64,000 nucleotides of DNA, taken from the NCBI GenBank assembly GCA_038060895.1, contig JBBTCT010000002.1, positions 160,001-224,000 of the forward strand. Reading direction: 5' to 3'. Both the position numbers and the translations under genes were made by a program. Position 1 is the first letter of the stretch. Every line of letters starts with the position of its first letter. The DNA comes from Planctomycetota bacterium (GTDB lineage: Bacteria; Planctomycetota; MHYJ01; WSZJ01). Under the pieces are notes generated by a model, which was not told the DNA's origin, searched no databases, and saw only the letters and a program-made list of their open reading frames with translations. Shown here in pieces: positions 53,289 to 62,542 of this stretch.

Positions 53289-54446
53289 TCAGCTTCTGCG
53301 CGGACGCCGCTGGGCAAAACGGGGCTTCGCATCCGGCGGTGCAGTCGGCTGCACCGGCGCGGGAGCAGCGGCCGGCGCCGGATGCCAGAGCTCCCAGACG
53401 CAGCGCTCGAGGACCATGGCGAAATCGGCCGGGGTGGCGAACCGATGCGCCCGGTCTTTCTGCAGCGCGCACGCGACGGCGTTCGCCGTCGCGAACGACA
53501 CCGCGGGATTCACCTGGTTGACCAGCGGCGGCACCTGATGGAGGTGCTGCTTGAGCACATCGTTGACCGTGTCGCCCGCGAAGGGCGGGCCGCCGGTCAG
53601 GAGGTGGAAGAGCGTCGCGCCGAGCGAGTAGACGTCGCTTCGGATGTCGATGTCTCCCGTGCCGCGCACCTGTTCGGGGGACATGTAGGCCGGCGTGCCG
53701 GTGAGCGCGCCGTCGGCGCCGCCGCCCTGGGTCACGGCGATCCCAAGGTCCGCGAGCTTCGCGGCGCCGTTGCGCGCGATCAGGATGTTGCCGGGCTTCA
53801 CGTCGCGGTGGACGAGCCCGTTCTCGTGGGCGTGCTGAAGCGCTTTCGCGATCTGGATCGCAACTCCGAGCGCGTAGCGTTCGTCGAGCGGGCGGCCGGG
53901 TTGCAGGAGCCCGCGAAGCGTCGCCCCTTCGACGAATTCCATGACGAAGTAGTGCACGCCGTTGGCGCACCCCACGTCGATTCCCTGCACGACGTTCGGA
54001 TGCGACAGTCGCGCCACGACCCGCGCTTCACGAACGAACTTCGACACGATGTCCGCCTTTTCGGCGAGTCGCGGATGCAGGATCTTGAGCGCGACCACCC
54101 GGTCCATCGAGATCTGCACGGCGCGCAGCACGCGGCCGGATTGCCCGCGCCCGATCTCCTCGTGGAGGCGGTAGCCAGGAATCTCGAGCACATCCTCGGC
54201 GGCCGACTGGACTTTTTTCACGACCGCGGCCTGCGCCGGGGAGATCCATCCCCTCACGATGAGCAGTTCGCCAAGCCGTACCGCCAGCGTCCCGCCCGCC
54301 TGCAGGTTCTGCTGGATGGCCAGCGCTTCATTCAGGCGTTCCTTCGTGATGAAACCCAGCCGGACCGCCACAGCGCCGAATTGTTGATCCGGACGCGGCG
54401 GCGTAGCCGGTTGCTTTGAATCCGACGGCCCGGGCGCGGGTTTCAT
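53289..54446 (-). CDS. Hanks-type Ser/Thr kinase with N-terminal MshEN-like motifs
   Basis: GRGQSG, VALK, HRDVKPGN, DLG, GTPAYMSPE, SDVYSLG; N-terminal FGxxAVRLGFIT...ALAIQ and RLGELLIVRGWIS. Confidence 0.92.
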   Translation of the reverse strand: MKPAPGPSDSKQPATPPRPDQQFGAVAVRLGFITKERLNEALAIQQNLQAGGTLAVRLGELLIVRGWISPAQAAVVKKVQSAAEDVLEIPGYRLHEEIGRGQSGRVLRAVQISMDRVVALKILHPRLAEKADIVSKFVREARVVARLSHPNVVQGIDVGCANGVHYFVMEFVEGATLRGLLQPGRPLDERYALGVAIQIAKALQHAHENGLVHRDVKPGNILIARNGAAKLADLGIAVTQGGGADGALTGTPAYMSPEQVRGTGDIDIRSDVYSLGATLFHLLTGGPPFAGDTVNDVLKQHLHQVPPLVNQVNPAVSFATANAVACALQKDRAHRFATPADFAMVLERCVWELWHPAPAAAPAPVQPTAPPDAKPRFAQRRPRRS

Positions 54447-54471
54447 TCCTCGCGAGTGTAGCTGTTTGCGC

Positions 54472-55614
54472 TTACTTCAAATGCTTCGCCGCCTTGTTCA
54501 GGCACATGAGGCTGTACAGAGTCGGAAGCGGCTCCATGTCCTCCATCCATTTCGGATCGCCGAGCCAGGTGCCGTCTTCCTTCTGGAGACTCTTCAGCTT
54601 CGCGACGAGCTCCTCCGCCCACTTGTGCGACTCGCCGTCGCCGTCCTTGATCTCGTCGAGGCCGGAGGCATGAAGCGCGGTCGAAAACGTGTGGTAGTAG
54701 TAGTACATCCCGCGAGTTCCCATGCCGGGGTTTTCGTCGAGCGTGTAGTTCTTCCCGATCCAGGCGAGCGCTGATTTCACTCGCGCGTCGTCTTTCGTGA
54801 GACCGGCGTAGAGCATCGACTTGTAGCCGGCATACGTCATCGACCCGTAGGAACGGATGCACTCCTTGCCGTTGGGGAGCTTCATCCTCTCGGCCTTGCC
54901 GTCGCCGGGACGGTAGAAGAACCCGCCGTCGTCGCCGACCACGACTCCGGCCTTGTCGAATCCGGGGCCGTCGTTCGATTCGCTGCGATTCTGGCAGCGC
55001 TCGAGGAACTTCACTGCCCGCTTCCAGGCCTCGCTGTCCCTCGGCAGGTCCGCGGCGTTCAGCGCTTCCATCATGTAGGAAGTGTTGGACATGTCGCCGC
55101 GCGGCTTCCCTCCGCGCTCGTCGTACCCGGCGCCGCCGTAGTTCGGGTCAGCGGGGTCCGCCTTCTGCGACCCGGCTTCCTGGCACTGGAAGGCGACCAG
55201 CCAGGCGCTTCCTTTCTGGATAGCCTCCTTGTACTTCTCCTTGTCCGCGGTCGCGAGCGCGACGACGGCGATCGCGGTCTTGTAGTTCGTCATCAGCGGA
55301 ACCTTGCCGGCGTTGTGGATTTCGCCGTCGCTCCCCTGGTTTCTCACCAGGTAGGCGCACCCCTTTGAGATCGCATCGGCGTATTTCTTGCTCCCGGTTT
55401 CCGATCCAGCAAGCGCCGACACGGCAAGTCCCGTCATCGAGACGTCGGAGTCCTTGCCGGCCATCGGCATGCCCCAGCCGCCGTCTTCGGCCTGTTTGCC
55501 TGCAATGACGGCCGCGCCTTTGTCCCAGGTCGCCTGGAGGTCTTCGTTCGGTCCCGCCGAGGCGAGTGCGCCGGCAAGCGAGAGGACAACGGTCGCAAGC
55601 GAAAATTGGTTCAT
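54472..55614 (-). CDS. Secreted prenyltransferase/squalene-oxidase-repeat (alpha-alpha toroid) protein
   Basis: QxxDGGW/QxxDGTW QW-type repeats, DMSNT, SYGSMTYAG, YYYYH; AAGGAG RBS. Confidence 0.85.
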   Translation of the reverse strand: MNQFSLATVVLSLAGALASAGPNEDLQATWDKGAAVIAGKQAEDGGWGMPMAGKDSDVSMTGLAVSALAGSETGSKKYADAISKGCAYLVRNQGSDGEIHNAGKVPLMTNYKTAIAVVALATADKEKYKEAIQKGSAWLVAFQCQEAGSQKADPADPNYGGAGYDERGGKPRGDMSNTSYMMEALNAADLPRDSEAWKRAVKFLERCQNRSESNDGPGFDKAGVVVGDDGGFFYRPGDGKAERMKLPNGKECIRSYGSMTYAGYKSMLYAGLTKDDARVKSALAWIGKNYTLDENPGMGTRGMYYYYHTFSTALHASGLDEIKDGDGESHKWAEELVAKLKSLQKEDGTWLGDPKWMEDMEPLPTLYSLMCLNKAAKHLK

Positions 55615-55880
55615 CCGGGTTTCTCTCCTTGTGAGCGTCAGGAACGGACGCGAGTCCGGCATTCTATCCCACGGCCTGCAGTGCAATAGCCGGACCACGG
55701 CGGGGGTGGTCGGAGCATCGAACCCGGCCGCGTGACGTCCGAGGGATGTTCGATTCTTGCCCGGACCCGGCCAAGAGTTCGCCACCTGGCGACTCCCCAC
55801 GCGCACGACTCCCGGGCGCTTGGACTGGCACATCCGTTGCGTCAGGCGCATCACTTCTCGATCCAGGGGGAAGACAGCTG

Positions 55881-58085
55881 ATGCGCCTCGCGCTCGCCGT
55901 GTCGTTCGTGCTGGCCGGTTGCCTGCTGGCGCAGGAGCCGGCGACGGGGAAGGACGACTCAAAGCCCGCGGGTGAAGATCCCGAGAAGAAGCCCGAGGAA
56001 AAGACGCCCGCCGACGGCGAAGCGAAGAAACCCGAAGGCGGGAGAATACTTGAACCTGACGCCGCGGAGAAAAAAGGCCTCATCATCTCCGCGACCCGCC
56101 TTGAGCGCCCCGATGCCGAGGTCCCCCGCGCGACCAACCTCATCGAACCCGAGGACCTGTGGCGCGACAACCCGCGCTCCGTCCCCGCATCGCTCCAGCG
56201 CCAGCCCGGCATCATGGTGCAGTCCACCGAATATGGCGGCGGCTCTCCCGCGGTCCGCGGACTCATTGGCCAGCAGGTGCTGCTCATGATCGACGGCGTG
56301 CGCATCAACAACTCCATCTTCCGCTTCGGCCCCAACCAGTATCTCTCCACCGTTGACCCGTTCATCATCGACCGCATCGAGGTCGTGCGCGGGCCGGGGT
56401 CGGTTCTCTATGGAAGCGACGCGCTGGGCGGGACGATTTCGCTCTGGACGCGGCACCGCGAGGAGTTCGGCACGCCGCTCGACGCACACATCCGCTCGAA
56501 AGCGCGCGGCGCTTCGGCGGACCGCTCGTTCCAGATCCGCGCCGAGACCGAGGGCAACCTCGGGCCGGTCGGATGGCTGGTCGGAGGATCGGGGAAGTGG
56601 CGCCAGGACCTGGACGGCGGCGACCACACCGGCCGGCAGCCCTTCACCGGATACGACGATTTCAACGGTGACATCCACCTCGACTACCACATCAACGACC
56701 ACTGGACGCTCCGCGGCGCCGCCATCGCCGCGTGGCAGGACAACGTGCCGCGTTCGGACCAGCTTTTCATCGGCTACCGCAACACCGGCACCGCCGCGTT
56801 CCAGGAATTCCACCGCAAGTGGCAGAGGCACGAGCTGTACTACGGGAAGCTGGAAGGACGCGACCTGGGGGATGCGATCCACGCGGTTGACGTCACGGTG
56901 AGCGCGGACCATCAGAGCGAACTGCGCAACATCCGCCGAACCGGCTCGACGGTCCTGCAGCGCGACGAAGACGCGGTGCTGTCGGCCGGGCTGAGCGCCA
57001 TGATCGCGAGCAAGGTCATTCCCTATAACACGCTCACGGGCGGCTTCGAGCTCTACAACGACTGGGTCAACTCCGACACCGAGTCCACGGACCTGCTGAC
57101 CGGACTGGAAACGAAAGCGCCGCAGCGCGGTTCCTTCGCCGACGACTCCACCTACCGCACCCTCGGCATCTACCTCCAGGATGAACTCAAGCCGTGCGAC
57201 TGGCTCTCCTTCGTCGGCGGTGTGCGCTTCACGCACATCCGCGTCGAAATGGACGAACTCGACCCCGTCCCGGGCGACGGCGTGGATCTCGGAGACCTCA
57301 CGAGGACGTTCACCGACATTTCGTGGGACCTCCACGGCAACGTCCGCATTCCCATTCCTGAGATCAACCTCTGGGGCGTCGCCGGCATCAGCCGCGGTTT
57401 CCGCGCGCCCAACATCGACGACTTCAGCGTGTTCGCAGAAGGGGGCTCGTCGTTCGACGTCCCCAATCCCGACGTCAAGCCCGAGTCGATGATCCAGATC
57501 GAAGCGGGGCTCAAAGGCGGGAACAAGAAATGGAAGGGCTCGCTCTTCGCCTTCAAGTCGCACATCGACGACCTCATCACACGGCAGGACACGACGTTTG
57601 GGGGCTCTTCGATTTCTCCCTCGGGCAAACCGTTCAAGACCCGCGACAACAGCCGCCACGCCGCGATCTACGGAGTCGAGCTGGACCTCGAAATCGAAGT
57701 CATTCCGCACGTGCGCCCGTTCGTGGTCTTCACGTACATCGTCGGCCGCGACCGCGATCGGGACGAAGTGATCCGCCGGATGCCGCCGGCGATGGCGACC
57801 TACGGCGTCCGGTACCAGGAGGACAAGTGGTTCATCGAGGGGTACCTCGAGAGCGCGAGGGGGCAGGACCGGCTGAGCGCGGACGACAAGACGGACGTGC
57901 GGATTCCGAAGGGCGGCACTCCGGGGTGGACGACGTTCAACGTGCGTGGCGGGTACGAGTTCACGAAACGGATCAAGGCGACGCTTTCGGTGGGGAATTT
58001 GTTCGACAAGGACTATCGGTATCACGGGAGCGGAGTGAACGAGCCGGGGCTGAATGCGACGATGAGTCTGGAGGTCGGGTTCTAG
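55881..58085 (+). CDS. TonB-dependent outer-membrane receptor
   Basis: Signal peptide; ISATR TonB-box region; RIEVVRGPGSVLYGSDALGG plug; GFRAPN; NLFDKDY; C-terminal F. Confidence 0.95.
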   Translation: MRLALAVSFVLAGCLLAQEPATGKDDSKPAGEDPEKKPEEKTPADGEAKKPEGGRILEPDAAEKKGLIISATRLERPDAEVPRATNLIEPEDLWRDNPRSVPASLQRQPGIMVQSTEYGGGSPAVRGLIGQQVLLMIDGVRINNSIFRFGPNQYLSTVDPFIIDRIEVVRGPGSVLYGSDALGGTISLWTRHREEFGTPLDAHIRSKARGASADRSFQIRAETEGNLGPVGWLVGGSGKWRQDLDGGDHTGRQPFTGYDDFNGDIHLDYHINDHWTLRGAAIAAWQDNVPRSDQLFIGYRNTGTAAFQEFHRKWQRHELYYGKLEGRDLGDAIHAVDVTVSADHQSELRNIRRTGSTVLQRDEDAVLSAGLSAMIASKVIPYNTLTGGFELYNDWVNSDTESTDLLTGLETKAPQRGSFADDSTYRTLGIYLQDELKPCDWLSFVGGVRFTHIRVEMDELDPVPGDGVDLGDLTRTFTDISWDLHGNVRIPIPEINLWGVAGISRGFRAPNIDDFSVFAEGGSSFDVPNPDVKPESMIQIEAGLKGGNKKWKGSLFAFKSHIDDLITRQDTTFGGSSISPSGKPFKTRDNSRHAAIYGVELDLEIEVIPHVRPFVVFTYIVGRDRDRDEVIRRMPPAMATYGVRYQEDKWFIEGYLESARGQDRLSADDKTDVRIPKGGTPGWTTFNVRGGYEFTKRIKATLSVGNLFDKDYRYHGSGVNEPGLNATMSLEVGF

Positions 58086-58090
58086 GAGTT

Positions 58091-58130
58091 GCGGAGGCTG
58101 GCAGAGGCTGGCGGAGGCTGGCGGAGGCTG
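58091..58130. repeat. 10-bp tandem repeat (GC(G/A)GAGGCTG)x4
   Basis: gcggaggctg gcagaggctg gcggaggctg gcggaggctg. Confidence 0.9.
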
Positions 58131-58194
58131 AGCCGGGTTGCTGGTCGGCGCTTTCGCTTCTTTCCTCACCTTTCCCCCTTTATCGTTAGCGGCG

Positions 58195-59541
58195 ATGAAC
58201 ATTGCCGCCGTGATTCTTGCCGCTGGACAGGGCGTCCGGATGAAGTCCGACCGGGCGAAGGTCCTGCATGAGGTGTGCGGGAAGACCCTCCTGGCGCACG
58301 TCCTCGACGCGGTGCGGACGCTCAAGCCCGACCCGCTCATCGTCGTCGTCGGGCAGGGCGCCGAGGAAGTGAAGGCGGAGTTCAAGGGCGAGAAGGTGAC
58401 CTGGGTCGAGCAGAAGGAACGGCGCGGGACGGGACACGCGTTGGCTCAGGCCGAAGCGGCGCTCAACGGATTCACGGGGCGGCTTTTCGTCCTCTGCGGC
58501 GACGCGCCGCTCGTGCGGGCGGAGACGCTGGAAGCGCTGGGCCGTGCCGCGAACGGCCGCGTCGCGACGGTGCTGACCTGCGAGGTCGAGGACGCTTCCG
58601 GCTACGGCCGGATCATCCGCGGCTCCAAGGGGGACGTCACGCGGATTGTGGAGCACCGGGACGCCACGGAGGAGGAGCGCGAGATCCGGGAGATCAACAG
58701 CGGCGGGTACGCGTTCGACGCGCCGGCGGTCTTTGACGCAGTGCGTCAATTGAAGCCGGCCAACGCACAGGGGGAGTACTACCTGACGGACGTGCTGCCG
58801 GTCATGATGAAGAAGGGACGCCTCGGCGCCTGCGTCGCGGAGGATCCCGCGGAAGTGCTTGGCGTCAACTCCCGCCGCGACCTCGCGCTCGCCACTTCAA
58901 AAATGCGCGACCGCATCCTCCGCCAGCACATGGACGCGGGCGTCACCATCGTCGCGCCCGACCTCACGTTCATCGAGTGCGGCGTCGAGATCGGCGCCGA
59001 CACGGTCATTGAGCCCTTCACCGTCATCCGCAGCGGCGTGAAGATCGGCTCGCACTGCGAAGTCGGCCCCTTCTGCCAGCTCCGCGCCGGGGCGGTGCTC
59101 GAGGACCACGCCGAGGTCGGCAATTTCGTCGAGATGAAAAAGTCCCGCCTCGGCTCGCACTCAAAGGCGAAACACCTCTCCTACCTCGGCGACGCCACCA
59201 TCGGCGCACGCGTCAACATCGGCGCCGGCACCATCACCGCCAACTACGACGGCGTGAACAAGCACCCGACGGTCATCGAGGACGGCGCTTCCACCGGCAG
59301 CCACACGGTCTTGGTCGCGCCCTCAACCATGAAGAAGGGCTCGAAGACCGGCGCCGGAGCCGTCGTGACACGGAAGACGATGGCGGAGGGTGAGACATGG
59401 GTCGGCGTCCCGGCTCGCCCGCTCGCCCGCGCGCCCGCGCGCCCGCCTTCCCCAAGTCCCGACAAACCGTTGACCACGCCTCCTGCCCGCAAGACACTCA
59501 TCGCCCCAGTTTCCAAGAAACGGAGCGGCCCGCGTGCGTAA
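58195..59541 (+). CDS. glmU: Bifunctional UDP-GlcNAc pyrophosphorylase/glucosamine-1-phosphate acetyltransferase
   Basis: ILAAGQGVRMKS, GTGHA, GYGRIIR, EINSG, GEYYLTD, GNFVE, HLSYLGDA, NYDG. Confidence 0.95.
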   Translation: MNIAAVILAAGQGVRMKSDRAKVLHEVCGKTLLAHVLDAVRTLKPDPLIVVVGQGAEEVKAEFKGEKVTWVEQKERRGTGHALAQAEAALNGFTGRLFVLCGDAPLVRAETLEALGRAANGRVATVLTCEVEDASGYGRIIRGSKGDVTRIVEHRDATEEEREIREINSGGYAFDAPAVFDAVRQLKPANAQGEYYLTDVLPVMMKKGRLGACVAEDPAEVLGVNSRRDLALATSKMRDRILRQHMDAGVTIVAPDLTFIECGVEIGADTVIEPFTVIRSGVKIGSHCEVGPFCQLRAGAVLEDHAEVGNFVEMKKSRLGSHSKAKHLSYLGDATIGARVNIGAGTITANYDGVNKHPTVIEDGASTGSHTVLVAPSTMKKGSKTGAGAVVTRKTMAEGETWVGVPARPLARAPARPPSPSPDKPLTTPPARKTLIAPVSKKRSGPRA

Positions 59542-60475
59542 GAAGGAATTCCAGATCTTCGCAGGCACTTCGAACCCCTCGCTCGCCAAGGCCGTTTCGA
59601 AGGCGCTCAACCTCGACCTCTCCAACGTCGACCTGAGCCGCTTCCCCGACGGCGAGATTGACGTGAAGATCCAGGACGACGTGCGAGGCTCGGACGTTTT
59701 CATCGTGCAGTCCACGTGCCCGCCGGTGAACGAGAATCTGATGGAGCTGCTGATCATGATCGACGCGCTCCGGCGCGCGTCCGCGATGCGCATCACCGCG
59801 GTCATCCCGTACTTCGGGTACGCGAGGCAGGACCGCAAAGCCGAAGGCCGCGTCCCGATCAGCGCCAAGCTCGTCGCCAACCTCATCACCCGCGCCGGCG
59901 CCGACCGCGTCCTCACCATGGACCTCCACGCCGCGCAGATCCAGGGGTTCTTCGACATCCCGGTGGACCACCTCTACAGCTCGCCCGTGATCATCGACTA
60001 CCTGAAAAAGAAGGACCTGGGAAAACTCTGCGTCCTGTGCTGCGACGTCGGCGGCGCGAAGATGGCGAGGGCGTACGCGAAGAGGCTTGGGGGTGCCGCG
60101 CTGGCGATCATCGACAAGCGGCGCACCGGCCCGAGCGAGACCGAGGTCGCGGAAGTCATCGGAAGCGTCGAGGGCATGGACGTCGTGGTCGTGGACGACA
60201 TGATCTCGACGGGGACGTCGATCGCGGAAGCAGCGCGGGTCGCGCGGGAGCGCGGGGGCAGAAGCGTGAGGATGACCGCCACCCACGCGGTGCTTTGTGG
60301 CAAGGCGCTCGAGAAGATCGAGAAGAGCGGGTGCGAGGAACTCGTCGTCACCGACTCGATCCCGATCACCGGGAAAGAGCGCCCGTGGCTCAAGCAGCTT
60401 TCGGTCGCGCCGCTGCTCGCGGAAGCGATTCACCGTATCCATAAGAGCGAATCGGTGAGCAGTCTGTTCGTGTGA
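59534..60475 (+). CDS. prs: Ribose-phosphate pyrophosphokinase
   Basis: FPDGE, PYFGYARQDRK, DLHAAQIQGFFDIP, VDDMISTG, ATHAV, SVSSLF. Confidence 0.97.
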   Translation: MRKKEFQIFAGTSNPSLAKAVSKALNLDLSNVDLSRFPDGEIDVKIQDDVRGSDVFIVQSTCPPVNENLMELLIMIDALRRASAMRITAVIPYFGYARQDRKAEGRVPISAKLVANLITRAGADRVLTMDLHAAQIQGFFDIPVDHLYSSPVIIDYLKKKDLGKLCVLCCDVGGAKMARAYAKRLGGAALAIIDKRRTGPSETEVAEVIGSVEGMDVVVVDDMISTGTSIAEAARVARERGGRSVRMTATHAVLCGKALEKIEKSGCEELVVTDSIPITGKERPWLKQLSVAPLLAEAIHRIHKSESVSSLFV

Positions 60476-60513
60476 ACGCGAACGGCGGGTCTCACCCAGT
60501 ACGGTGCCCCCGC

Positions 60514-61056
60514 ATGACGTCCGCCGAGACGGCCTACCAGTTCCGTCACGCGCTCCTGCGCGATGCCGCTCCGCTTCTGCGCCTCGGGGCCGACGTGCTG
60601 CGGCGCTCGGGGCGACCGAGGGAATCGGAAGGGCTGCTCACGCAGTCGCTGGCGCGGGCGCGGAGAGCCGGGGACCGCCTCCTGGAGGGCAGGGCGGTAC
60701 AGGAGCTGGCGACGATCTGGAGGGAAACCGGCCGCACGGCGGAGGCGGAGGAAGGATTCGGGCGGGCCCTGGCGATCCATCGCGAGGTCGGCGACCGGAC
60801 GGGAGAAGCCATGGGACTGGCGAACCTGGCGATCGTGTACCGGACGATGGGCCGGATGGCGCCGGCCGAGGAGCTGCTCCGGGGTGCCGTGAAGCTCTTC
60901 CGGCAGATGAAATCCCGGCGGCAGGAGGGTGTCGTGCTGTCGAACCTGGCGATCGTTCTGAAGATCACGGGACGCCTTCCGAAATCCTTCACGAACTCTG
61001 CCAGCGCCGACTCGCTTGCCCTGCTTCGGCGCGCGCGCGCATACTCGCCTGCGTGA
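60514..61056 (+). pseudogene. Truncated, internally deleted TPR-family copy (copy 5)
   Basis: MTSAETAYQFRHALLRDAA joined to about three TPRs, lacking the CAKAG tail; TACGGT 8 nt before ATG. Confidence 0.7.
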
Positions 61057-61514
61057 GCGACCCCGACCGGCGCTGGGCCGAGTGGCGCGCCCGCATGGCC
61101 GACGACGGCCGCGCGTGGACGCTGTGGTACAGCGACACCTTCGACCGGGAGAGCGCGCCGAGCGAAGAAGTGCGGGGAACGGGGACCCTGCGGGCACGGG
61201 TGGAATTGTGGCGCCGGACGCTCGGCGAGGCCGTGCAGGAGAACGGGAATCCGTCGTTCTCGCGATTCTGGGTCTGGCTCGAAGCACCCCGGGAGCCGCT
61301 GTCCATGCACTTCGAAGACGGCCGTCCCCTGGGCGCGGCCGTGCTTCGTAGCTGGTGCTCGGATCCGGAAAGACTCGACCTGCTCGCGCTCGCCGACGTG
61401 GCTATGCAGGACTCGGACGGCGGCCTTTGCGGGCTGGCGGAAGCGGCGCAGGGGGACACGGATCTGGAGCGGCGCCTGCGGGAGATCGCCATGCGTCGCG
61501 AGCCGGCGCGATGA
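61053..61514 (+). CDS. Hypothetical protein
   Basis: GTGA and ATGA overlaps with both neighbours; Trp-rich WTLWYSDTFDRE segment. Confidence 0.55.
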   Translation: MSDPDRRWAEWRARMADDGRAWTLWYSDTFDRESAPSEEVRGTGTLRARVELWRRTLGEAVQENGNPSFSRFWVWLEAPREPLSMHFEDGRPLGAAVLRSWCSDPERLDLLALADVAMQDSDGGLCGLAEAAQGDTDLERRLREIAMRREPAR

Positions 61515-62443
61515 GGACGGGAGCGGGCGCGGCGTGCGCCGTGGCGAGCGCGCTCCTCTACGGAGCCGCCGCGGCGAATTGGCATGGGCGCCATGAGACG
61601 CTCCTTCACGCGGCCACGCTCACGCTTTTCGCGGCCTGCTTCCTGTTCATCGCGGCCCCGGCGATGTCGCTGCTGTTCTGGCGGTTCCGCGCTGGGGCGC
61701 GCCGTCCCGGGCCGCCGATCGAAGCGGCGACGGTCTTCCGGACGCCGCTTCGCTATGCACGGATCGAGTCCGGCGCCCTGGCCGGGGTCGAAGAGCTGCG
61801 GCGCGACGCCGTCCCGGCGTTCCCGGCAGCCTGCTGCTGCTGCGGATCGACGGAGGACCTCTCCACCTCCCGCGAGTGGATCACCCCGGAGAAATTCCGC
61901 CTCGACGCCGGGCACTCGCGCGTGCACCTGCACAAGATCCGGACTTACGTCTTCCTGCGCGTCCCCTACTGCGCCCGCTGCATCCTTCATCGACAGGCCC
62001 TCGCACGGGGCCCCTTCCTCGCGGCGCTGGCGTCCGCGCCGCTGGTGGCCGTCGCGGACCTCCTGCTGCGGCCGGGCGCCGTGCGCGCCGCGGAATGGGA
62101 AATCTCCGGCGCGGCGGTCTTCGCCGGCGGCGCGCTGTACGCCGCGTTCTCGTGGCTTTCCCCCGCCGCACCGCGGGCGCTTCACGCCGCCGGAATGGTG
62201 GTCGCCACCGCCGTGCTTGCCCTCGTCCACCCGCCGCTCGCCGTGCCGGTCCCCGTCGCGTTCGCCCTCGCCGCCCTGGCGCCGCGGCTCTTCGGCCTGA
62301 CCGAAGCGGCCGGAGGCTGCTCGCACTGGCCGGACGGGCGGGCGGTCTCGGTCGGTTGCATGGCCGAGCCGGAACGCGCGCTTGAGATCGCCTGCAGCCG
62401 ACCGGAATTTGCGAAGAGCATCGAGCCGCCTCGCGGGAGTTGA
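61511..62443 (+). CDS. Membrane protein with putative Zn-binding Cys pairs
   Basis: Several TM segments; FPAACCCCG and VPYCARC motifs. Confidence 0.6.
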   Translation: MRTGAGAACAVASALLYGAAAANWHGRHETLLHAATLTLFAACFLFIAAPAMSLLFWRFRAGARRPGPPIEAATVFRTPLRYARIESGALAGVEELRRDAVPAFPAACCCCGSTEDLSTSREWITPEKFRLDAGHSRVHLHKIRTYVFLRVPYCARCILHRQALARGPFLAALASAPLVAVADLLLRPGAVRAAEWEISGAAVFAGGALYAAFSWLSPAAPRALHAAGMVVATAVLALVHPPLAVPVPVAFALAALAPRLFGLTEAAGGCSHWPDGRAVSVGCMAEPERALEIACSRPEFAKSIEPPRGS

Positions 62444-62542
62444 CGCTCGCATTCCCGGCTCCTGGAGGGGGCGGACCCGATGGAGTATCGGGCGAGGCGT
62501 CTGGCGACCTGAATCACGTCGGATCCGGGTTGCGCCGTCGCC

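Noticed and set aside
55620-55880. Cobalamin or other riboswitch upstream of the TonB receptor
   Set aside because: No B12-box or other recognisable riboswitch core found by eye; an Infernal/Rfam scan would be decisive
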